From the NCBI GenBank assembly GCA_013239625.1, contig MU053881.1, positions 2,356,001-2,420,000 on the forward strand: a stretch of DNA of 64,000 bases, read 5' to 3'. Position numbers and translations under genes: made by a program. The notes beneath the pieces were generated by a model. The model was given only the letters and a program-made list of their open reading frames with translations. It did no database searches and was not told the origin of the DNA. The DNA is from Lama guanicoe (lineage: Eukaryota). Shown piece after piece: positions 24,301 through 33,044 of this stretch. Within the stretch, counting starts at the first letter, position 1; every line of letters begins with the position of its first letter.

Positions 24301-27300
24301 CTAGAATGCAGAGTTTTCAACCATTGGCCCTCCCTTATTCCTGACTCTGCCAGCTCCGACAGGGGTTAGGGGTTGGGAGTAGCCAAGCAAAATGTCTCCT
24401 TGCCCTCCTTTCGGTCCTGCCACCCTCCAGGAACCCCCTTGAACCTAACCTAAGCCAGAGAGGACAGCGGGGTCTGGGTAAACAGCCACCTGTCTCCTAG
24501 GAGGCCATTTGCTTCTGGAACTTTCAGTCAGGGGCCCCAAAGAAAATCACCCCTCTTTGAGAGTTCCTGGAAGTGGGGCCAGGTGGGCTGAGGGCTTAGG
24601 AAAGTCTCTATCCAGCCACCCTCCTTGCCTGTAGGTTTGAGAAGATGATTGGGGGACTGTACCTGGGTGAGCTGGTGCGGCTGGTGCTGGCTCACCTGGC
24701 CCAGCGCGGGGTCCTCTTTGGTGGCTGCACTTCCCCTGCCCTGCTAAGCAGAGGTGGCATCCTCCTGGAACATGTGGCTGAGATGGAGGAGTAAGTGCGG
24801 GAGGCAAGGGGCTGCGACAAAGGGATTCTCAGCTTGGGGTGGGGGGCGGAATCCTCTCTCCCTGAAGTAGCCATAGAGCTCTGGTGGGGGGCAGGGAGCT
24901 TTTGGGCTACTTGAGCCCCAAAGCAGCACCCTGTCCCCCCAGTCCCTCTGCTGGGGCAGCCCGTGTGCACACTATCCTGCAGGACTTAGGCCTGCGTCCG
25001 AGGGCCTCAGATACCGAGCTCGTGCGGCACGTGTGTGCGGCTGTGTGCACGCGGGCTGCCCAGCTCTGTGCAGCTGCTCTGGCCGCCGTCCTCTCCCGCC
25101 TCCAGCGCAGCCGCGAGCAGCAGACACTTCAGATTGCTGTGGCCACTGGAGGCCGAGTGTTTGAGCGACACCCCAGGTATTGGGAATACAAATGATCTTG
25201 TGTGAGCAGGTAGCAGGAACATGTGTGTGTCTGTGATACACACCTGGAAGGCACTCTGGTACCATGGGTGCAAGGCAGTGGGTGCAAATGGCACCCAAGC
25301 AGAGTGAGGACAGATGGGGGTCAGGGGAGGCCAGAAGAGGTCAGAGGAGGGGGTCGCTGGGGGCACTGTATGTATGGTTGGTGCACAGACGGATTTAGAA
25401 TTGAATTGGCTTGAAGTAAGGGAGCCCAGGGCTTCAACAAGCCCTGGGGGTCGGTCCAGGTACCAAGCCAGGGTGAACTTGCCATGTGTCTGTGCAGGTT
25501 CCTCAGCATTCTGCAGGAGACAGTGATGCTCCTGGCCCCTACATGTGATGTCTCCTTCATCCCCTCTGTGGATGGGGGCGGCCGGGGCGTGGCGATGGTG
25601 ACTGCTGTGGCTGCCCGCCTGGCTGCCCACCGGCGCCTGCTGGAGGAGACCCTGGCACCATTCCGGGTGACCTGTGAGCAGCTGGCAGCGGTGCAGGCAC
25701 AGATGCGAGAGGCCATGGCCAGGGGGCTCCGAGGAGAGGCCTCCTCCCTCCGCATGCTGCCCACTTACGTCCGGGCCACACCTGATGGCAGCGGTAGGGA
25801 CCTGGCCTGACTGTGGGGCTGGGTCACGGGCTCCTGGGGTCACAGCATATGCTAGGGTGGGGCCACCAGCTCTGTCTTGGGACTGAGGGCCTCTGCTCCA
25901 CAGAACGTGGGGACTTCCTGGCCCTGGACCTGGGGGGCACCAACTTCCGGGTCCTCCTGGTGCGTGTGGCCACAGGAGGTGTGCAGATCTCCAGCCAGAT
26001 CTACTCTATCCCGGAGTGCGTGGCCCAGGGCTCTGGACAGCAGGTACTCACTCACAGCCTGGGGTTGATGTCTGGGCAGGGGGAAGGGCCAGGTGTCCTG
26101 TTCCCTGACTCGCCCCACCCCTCAGCTCTTTGACCACATTGTGGACTGCATCGTGGACTTCCAGCAGAAGCAGGGCCTAAGTGGCCAGAGTCTCCCCCTG
26201 GGTTTCACCTTCTCCTTCCCATGCAGGCAGCTCGGCCTGGACCAGGTGAGAGACAGAAGGCGGGGGGAAGCCATCCTCCGGGGATTTCCACCAAACACAC
26301 TCTTCGTGGAGTGGGCAGGAGGCCCGGAGAGGGCTTCCAGGGCTGGTGAGAGGGGTGGGCGAAGGCACTGCTGGGCTGGGCCTGCACCCAGTCTCAGTTT
26401 CCCCAGACTGGGCACAGGACCTGTGGTATGCCCAGGTGGCCAGGGTGTGGTGAAGTGGCCCGGCATCCAGGGCCGTGAAAAGGTGTGGGATGGAGACAGA
26501 CATGAATAAGCCTGGGGGCTGCCGCTGGGCAGGAGGGTGGAGCCAGGGTTAGGTCTGTGCACTTGGGAGCAGCACGGGCTGAGATCGGGGCTGACCAGAG
26601 GACAGACTGCGTGTCTCCTTGAAGCACCTGTGACCTGGCTGAGGGAACCTGCGGGGAGCAGCATTTGCTCTCTTTCTCGAAAAGGCTTGTGGCTGTGTGG
26701 TTTCTTTGCCCTCCCCCTCCCGGCCTGGCTGGTGTCCCTCTCAGGGCCTGGCTCGGGTCAGAGCAGCAGGCACAGGTCTAGGTGCGGCACCCACTCTGCA
26801 CTCACCTCCGCGTGCTTCAACAGGGACGCCAGACTCTCCACACACACACCTAAGGCCTGGCGTGGAGACGGCTCCTCCCAGGCCTCGTCTAAGCTCCCAG
26901 GAGTCTCCTCCCCAGTGCCCCCAGCTTGTGCCGAAAAGCTGCTGTGATGAGGCGCTCACGGGCCCTGAAGGCGCCCACCAGGTCTTTCTGCACCTGTGCT
27001 CCCTGAGGAGCCCTGCCTCCTCCACTCCCGCCAGCCTTGCTGTGGTTTCCATCCGCGCTCTGCTCCCACTCTGCCCTCTCAGACACGGGCCTTTGTGCTC
27101 TGCTTTCCTTCGCAGCTGGCGGTGTCTCTCTGCTGGTCTGCTCCCTCCAGGCTGAGCATTCTGGCGCCTTTTGACTATTCCTTGTGGGAGAAGCAGGTGG
27201 GACTCTGTGTGTGCAAAATCAGGCGTGCAGGAAACATGATCCTATTAGCTTTCTGTTACTGGACTCAGTTTCTATGTTGAGCCCACATTCTTTTCAGGGG

Positions 27301-30300
27301 TGAAAACTTAATCAACTCAGGGACCCTCTTCTTTAGGTAGGGGCCCCTCCTTCGCTGTATAGAATGTGCATGCAAATTGCGACATTGGGGAATTGTCCAG
27401 GCCCAGCTGTCTGGACTCTGTCTCTTCTTCTCTGTGTCTCAACACCTCCCTTGACACCTTAGCTTCTCCACAGAGGGGAAGGATGGCAGAGGCCACCACT
27501 GTTCTCAGATGACCCAAATCCCTTCGGTTTCCTCCCCTCCCCCACAGGGGCATGTCCAGGGTGGAGGGCCTAGGACACCCTTCTTGGGAAGCCATCTGGA
27601 GCCTGGTTCTGACTTCCCCCAGCCTCACCTGTCTCTTGTCTGGGAGCGGGGAAGCTTTGCTGTTGCTCATGATCTGGTGCCCCCCTAACTGACTCCCTCT
27701 CACTTGCTCTCACTCTATCTGGTTTCTGTTTTTGAGACAAAGAGCACAGAATACTCCAGCTGTGGTTACATGGAAAAAGGGATAAAAGGAAATATTCGTG
27801 GAGGAAATGTCAGTTAATATCTCTAAAGCCTCCTGCCCCGGAGATCCCCAGTTCTCCTCTCTATGTTTCTGCTTTGGGCAGAGCAGTTATTTTCTCCCAA
27901 GAGCAGTGGAATAGTTCCCCCTGCCCCCGCCCTTAGAGGAAACACAGTACGAAAAGAGCACTTGTCACTAAGCTCACAATTTAAGGTCCGCTTCTCACAG
28001 TAAACTGTCTTGTCCCCTCCTGTCCTGCCCAGGTGCCTGTATTCTGGTTTTTCCGTTCGTTCTTCACTTGTACCTGGAACATGCGAGTGAACCTCCCATT
28101 GACACAGCTCTGTCCCAACTCCAAGAATTCCTTCCTCTCGCGTGACTCTGGTTCATTTTTTCTGGGAGAGCAGACTCTGCTGTCATTTGGACGACGGAGA
28201 CTGCTCTGTCCTTTCCTTTCTCACACACAGTATTCATCTCACCAGCTCTGTTCATTTCTAATCCAATCATGAAGGGCCAGTCCTTCTGGGCAGATGTCTT
28301 AAAATGGCCAGACCCTCAGACCATCTGAGCATTTTGACACTAAAAATAGAAGATGTAGGTTGAATGGTTATTAATAGGTTTCTTTACTCTGGAAGCCTCT
28401 GGGGACTTGGGAGGGGACAGAGGGAAAGGCCTTATCCAGGTGGCACAGGATCCTCCTTGGGGCGGGAATCATACTGCCTTCCAATGGGGTGCAGGCTTTG
28501 GGGAGGCACAGTGAGATTCCAAGGGCCCTCCAGCTTCCTGCCTCCTCTTGGTCCCACCCCAGGGCATCCTCCTGACCTGGACAAAGGGTTTCAATGCATC
28601 TGACTGTGAGGGTCAAGACGTCGTGTGCCTGCTGCGGGAAGCCATCAGACGCAGACAGGTGAGGAGTCTGCTTCCAGGGATGTTTTGGGGCTGCAACAGG
28701 TCTTGAGGGGAGCAAAGGGTCTCCCGCTTCCTGACAGGGGGCGCGCTCTGTAGCAGAGACCTCTGGGTCCAGCCCCGGTTGCTGTGACGACCACGTTGCC
28801 CAGCAACTGGCAGCATCCTTTTGTGCACAGGCAACGGAGCTGAATGTGGTTGCCATTGTCAATGACACGGTGGGGACCATGATGTCCTGTGGCTATGAGG
28901 ACCCGCGCTGCGAAGTCGGCCTCATCGTTGGTGAGAAGGGTGCTGCTCGTTTGTGCTGATTCACTGCCTCCCATTGATTCCCCAAGTTGGACCATTCCCC
29001 TGTCCTTGGGGATTGGCCTCGTTCCTACCTGACCCAGCAGGGCCCTGGAACACTCTGTTGGACCGGGAGTCTGGAACTTGGGTGTCTAGCCCAGCTAGCT
29101 GCTGACTCATGGTCATTTAAGCTCTCTGAACCTCAATCTGTTAGACGGATGTGAGCTTTGGAGTCACACAGATTTGGGTGGGAACACGCGCTCTGCCAGT
29201 TCCCACCTGTATGACCTGGGGCGAATCACCAGAGCCTCGGCTTCCTCATGTCCAAGATGGAGACAATAATGATGCCTGTCTTAAGGGGTTTTGAGGGTGA
29301 AACGAGATGGGACAAGGTGTAGCACAACCCCGACTCATGGTGCACGCTCAGTGCTGGGAACTGGGTGGGACCCCAGCGAGGGTGGCAGGAGGGATGTGCC
29401 GAGAGCGAGCTGAGACAGTCCTTTGAGTAGTCTTTATTAAGCACCTATCCTGTGGCCGATTCGGGGCTGGATGAAGGGTCAGGAAGACACATAAGGGAGA
29501 GGGAAATACCTGCCTTCTTGGGACTGACCGCTTGGTGGGGACTGGGCCCAGAAAAGCACGTGGTCACCAGAGAGAGTTGAATCTGACTAAACGCCAGGGT
29601 GAAAAGGCTGACTCAGAGAGAAAGGGGCCCCCACATGAGTGAGACTTGAAAAGGAAGCCTTGAAAGAAGAGATTTGGCTAGGCGGGGGGGGGGGGNNNNN
29701 NNNNNNNNNNNNNNNNNNNNNNNNNNNNNNNNNNNNNNNNNNNNNNNNNNNNNNNNNNNNNNNNGGGGGGCAGGGCTCCCATAGCTCCTTAGACATCAGT
29801 CTCTTAGAGCAGGAGGTACGTGGCCGCCTCGCATGAGACTGGGAGCTTCTTGAACGGAGAGACCTCGGCACTGGAGGTGCTCAGGGGGAGGCGGGCCCAG
29901 ATTGCTGTGTGAATAAAAGCTGGATGGAGGAATTCTAGGTGGGGCAGATGAGGAGCCCGCCTGCTTAGAGCTGAGTGTGTTGGGGAGAGGAAGGGAATGC
30001 CTATACCCAGGGCATGCCCTCTTCCTGGAAGTTTCTTGGCTTCAAGGTCAAATCCAAACAGCACTCCCTCTCTGCAGCTTTTCCTGGCCTTCTAGGCAGG
30101 AAGACTCCCCTGGGCTTGGGGATCTCACGGTGCTCTACTTTGTGCTTCTCTCTGGGCACACAAAGGCAGTATCGGAGTTGCTGCACACTGCCCGAGCTCT
30201 GGCCACCGTGGGGCTCCTTATGTCTCATTTCTGTTCTTGGTTCCTGGCCCAGCACCTGCTATTTGACTTAAGACCTGGGAGGCCAGTCCAGGAAGGCTTG

Positions 30301-31721
30301 GGCCTGTCACCTGTGTGACAGTTGGGGCTGTCACACATCTCCCAGGGGGATGACATGACTGATGGGCAATTTGGGAGCAACCTGGGGTAGCAGGGGAAGT
30401 GCACTGATGGTGGTGCTGAGAAGGGAGGTAGTGGAGGCCCGGGGGCTTGATAGTGGCAGAGCCTGAAGAAGGGATATAAGAAAGGAAGGAGGACCAGGTC
30501 CTGGGAAAGGCCATAAGCGTGGGGAGATGGAGAGGTAGGAAATGAGCTCAGATTTTGCCGTCTCAGTGGGAAGGGCTCAGACAGATCGTGTCTGCACCAG
30601 CAAATGGCTCCCACGCCATCTGGCCTCTCTGCAGGAACCGGCACCAATGCCTGCTACATGGAAGAGCTCCGGAACGTGGCGAGCGTGGCTGGGGACTCAG
30701 GCCACATGTGCATCAACATGGAGTGGGGTGCCTTTGGGGATGATGGTTCTCTCGGCATGCTCAGCACCCACTTTGATGCAAGTGTGGACCAGGCATCCAT
30801 CAATCCTGGCAAGCAGAGGTGTGGGTTGGGCCAGGAGGGGTGCCTGCTGATGGCTGTCACTGGTGATGTGGCTGGTGGCTGGTGGCAGCACAGGGCTGGG
30901 ATCGCCTGCCCTGTGCACACACACTTTCATGCAGGTTTGAGAAGATGATCAGCGGCATGTACCTGGGGGAGATCGTCCGCCACATCCTCTTGCATTTGAC
31001 CAGACTTGGAGTTCTCTTCCGGGGCCAGCTGACCCAGCGCCTTCAGACCAGGGACATCTTCAAGACCAAGTTTCTCTCTGAAATTGAAAGGTGCTGATCC
31101 CTGCACTACCTCCCTCCACCTCCAAAAGGACCTCATCTATCCACTTGGGCGGAATGCTGGCTGGAGGGAGGTCCACCCTAGAGGGCGGAGAAGGCATGAG
31201 GCTGGGGAGCTAATGCAGGATCCTGCCTCTCTGTGCTCTGTCCTTCCTGTCCCCAGTGACAGCCTGGCCCTGAGGCAGGTCCGAGCCATCCTGGAGGCTC
31301 TGGGGCTGCCCTTGACCTCAGATGATGCCCTGATGGTCCTGGAGGTGTGTCAGGCCGTGTCCCAGCGGGCCGCCCAGCTTTGTGGGGCAGGTGTGGCTGC
31401 CGTGGTGGAGAAGATCCGTGAGAACCGGGGCCTGGAAGAGCTGACCGTGTCCGTAGGGGTGGATGGGACCCTCTACAAGATGCACCCCCAGTGAGTCTGG
31501 GTTCCAGACTGGGCAGGGAGGCATGGCCACAGGGGGCCTGGCTGACCTGGGCTCACCTCATCTCTCCCCCTCACAGCTTCTCCAGTCTGGTGGCAGCCAC
31601 GGTGCGAGAGCTGGCTCCTCGCTGTGCAGTCACCTTCCTGCAGTCGGAGGATGGGTCTGGCAAAGGTGCTGCCCTGGTCACTGCTGTTGCCTGTCGCCTG
31701 GCCCAGATGACCCATGTCTGA
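18232..31721 (+). CDS. HK3: Hexokinase 3, complete CDS, 18 coding exons, 2775 nt, 924 aa
   Basis: Starts [12 protein letters not shown]...[15 protein letters not shown]; two hexokinase halves with motifs [54 protein letters not shown]; ends [22 protein letters not shown]; exon lengths sum to an intact frame. Confidence 0.98.
20415..20560 (+). mobile_element. MIR SINE
   Basis: agtcggacagatctggttccag...ctctctgagcctcgctttcctcatt. Confidence 0.65.
22062..22224 (+). CDS. HK3: HK3 exon 3
   Basis: ctcag|GTG CAG GAG...ACT G|gtgggt; [10 protein letters not shown]...[13 protein letters not shown]. Confidence 0.95.
22419..22573 (+). CDS. HK3: HK3 exon 4
   Basis: cccag|AG CAA GGA GAC...CAG CAG|gtgagt; [12 protein letters not shown]. 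Confidence 0.95.
22659..22778 (+). CDS. HK3: HK3 exon 5
   Basis: cacag|CTG TTT GAC...GAC AAG|gtgagg; LGFSFSFPC. Confidence 0.95.
22865..22960 (+). CDS. HK3: HK3 exon 6
   Basis: cccag|AGC ACA CTC...CAG GGG|gtgagt; [10 protein letters not shown]. Confidence 0.95.
23794..23893 (+). CDS. HK3: HK3 exon 7
   Basis: tctag|GCC TAC AGC...GTA G|gtgagc; [13 protein letters not shown]. Confidence 0.95.
23974..24157 (+). CDS. HK3: HK3 exon 8
   Basis: tatag|AC ACT GGC ACC AAT...CAG AG|gtggcc; [11 protein letters not shown]. Confidence 0.95.
24635..24790 (+). CDS. HK3: HK3 exon 9
   Basis: tgtag|G TTT GAG AAG ATG...GAG GA|gtaagt; [15 protein letters not shown]. Confidence 0.95.
24943..25176 (+). CDS. HK3: HK3 exon 10
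   Basis: cccag|T CCC TCT...CCC AG|gtattg; [16 protein letters not shown]. Confidence 0.95.
25498..25793 (+). CDS. HK3: HK3 exon 11 (junction of the two halves)
   Basis: tgcag|G TTC CTC...AGC G|gtaggg; [17 protein letters not shown]...[13 protein letters not shown]. Confidence 0.95.
25904..26043 (+). CDS. HK3: HK3 exon 12
   Basis: cacag|AA CGT GGG GAC...CAG CAG|gtactc; [13 protein letters not shown]. Confidence 0.95.
26126..26245 (+). CDS. HK3: HK3 exon 13
   Basis: ctcag|CTC TTT GAC CAC...GAC CAG|gtgaga; [11 protein letters not shown]. Confidence 0.95.
28563..28658 (+). CDS. HK3: HK3 exon 14
   Basis: cccag|GGC ATC CTC...AGA CAG|gtgagg; [21 protein letters not shown]. Confidence 0.95.
28831..28930 (+). 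CDS. HK3: HK3 exon 15 (catalytic Asp)
   Basis: cacag|GCA ACG GAG...GTT G|gtgaga; [17 protein letters not shown]. Confidence 0.95.
29140..29355 (+). mobile_element. MIR SINE
   Basis: ctttggagtcacacagatttggg...tgtatgacctggggcgaatcac...gagcctcggcttcctcatgtccaagatggaga. Confidence 0.7.
29696..29763. other. Assembly gap (68 N) between G runs
   Basis: N run seen directly. Confidence 0.99.
30635..30818 (+). CDS. HK3: HK3 exon 16
   Basis: tgcag|GA ACC GGC...CAG AG|gtgtgg; [11 protein letters not shown]...[12 protein letters not shown]. Confidence 0.95.
30935..31090 (+). CDS. HK3: HK3 exon 17
   Basis: tgcag|G TTT GAG AAG...GAA AG|gtgctg; [15 protein letters not shown]. Confidence 0.95.
31257..31490 (+). 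CDS. HK3: HK3 exon 18
   Basis: cccag|T GAC AGC...CCC CA|gtgagt; [12 protein letters not shown]. Confidence 0.95.
31577..31721 (+). CDS. HK3: HK3 exon 19 coding part
   Basis: cacag|C TTC TCC...[25 protein letters not shown]. Confidence 0.95.
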
Positions 31722-31881
31722 AGAAGTCTCTAGCAACCAGCTTTGCTGGACCAGGGCTGGGACCCCACCTGTTCCCCAGCCAGGCCGACACCCAGGACTT
31801 CCAGGACAGCCATGTGTGACCCTTTATGGCCATTAGCCTCGACGCCTAGCTTTCCCCGAGAGAAGTAGCACTTGGGTTAGG

Positions 31882-31887
31882 AATATA
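31882..31887 (+). terminator. Probable HK3 variant poly(A) signal AATATA
   Basis: Only AT-rich patch after the HK3 stop; no + strand AATAAA seen nearby. Confidence 0.55.
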
Positions 31888-31896
31888 TATATATAA

Positions 31897-31902
31897 TTTA
31901 TT
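31897..31902 (-). terminator. UNC5A poly(A) signal AATAAA
   Basis: TTTATT on + equals AATAAA on -, about 980 nt downstream of the UNC5A stop, directly preceded by TGTA. Confidence 0.8.
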
Positions 31903-32878
31903 TACATTCACGTCCGCTAAAATCCCTACGCGCCCCGGCGGCCGGGCAAGGCTGTGTACATAAGGCCAAGTGTAAGTGCACGAATGCACTTAAGACAGAG
32001 TCAGGGCACAAGCTTCACAAGACAGGCCCCTCACGGGGGCGCCGGCCAGCCCCAGGAGCGGGCACGCCACAGCACGCACACTTGCCATTGTCCAGCCCGG
32101 GACTCCCGTTGCATATTCACACGCCCCATTGGGCAGGGCTCCTCTCGGCTGGGGGGCAGGGGGAGGATCAGGGAGGAGCCGTCGGGTGTCCCTGGGTGGG
32201 TGGGAGAAGGGCAGCATGTGAGAGGCAGGTGTGGACTGACACCGGGCGTGAGAGACGTGAGCGGCCTCCAGGTGTACAGCATGAGATGTGTGTGTCGGGG
32301 GATGTGTGTGACAGAGCACACGGGACATGCGTGGGCACATGCCCCTGTGGTGGTTGTGTGCCTGAATCCAGGGGCTGCCCCCTGTTCAGCTGTGGCCCTC
32401 AGTCCTGCAGGCTTGGAGCCGGGCCCCTCAGATGTGCCCCTACCCAGCAGGCACAGAAATGTTTGCATAAGGTCCAGCTCAGGCAGGAGCTCCAGGGCCA
32501 CGTCCCGAGCCCGTCGTGTGCGTGCATGCCCGTGTGTGCGCGGCCCCCTGGCTGGGGCAGGAGGAGAGGTAGCATCACACACACATACACACACAGATGG
32601 GCTGGGCCCAGCCCGGGCTCCAGGCAACGTCCACCCTGGGCCCCGGGGGCCAGGGCAGAGTCAGAGCAGGTGGCAGTGCCAGCCTGGCCAGGCAGGCCAT
32701 GGAGGGGAGGGAGTGCGGGCAGGGTCTGAAGGGCCAGTGTCAGGGGACAGCCTCCGCCAGGAGGGGGCCTGTCCACGCAGCTCTCCCCGCTGTGGGGGGA
32801 GGGCCCTGTCTGGCTGCTGCCTGTCCCTGGCGGGTACCAAAGCTGGTGAGAGTGTAGGCGTTGTGGGCCTGGCCGGCC

Positions 32879-33044
32879 TCAGCACTCGGCCTCTGACACT
32901 GTGAAGAGGCCCGCGTCCGGCTGGCCCAGTCCGGCCACTGCTGCAGCCAGCTGGCTGAGGTTGCCGTTGGGGAAGTGCCGTGCCTCCCACAGGTTGAGGA
33001 TCATGGCTGTGGGGCTGGGCTTGGAGGCAAAGAAGCTGAGATGG
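32879..33044 (-). CDS. UNC5A: UNC5A exon 16 coding part
   Basis: cgcag|C CAT CTC AGC...[24 protein letters not shown]. Confidence 0.95.

Noticed and set aside
29681..29770. G run and gap in HK3 intron 15 as a possible hidden exon
   Set aside because: Exons 15 and 16 join in frame and match the N-half exon pattern, so nothing is missing; likely a poly-G sequencing dropout.
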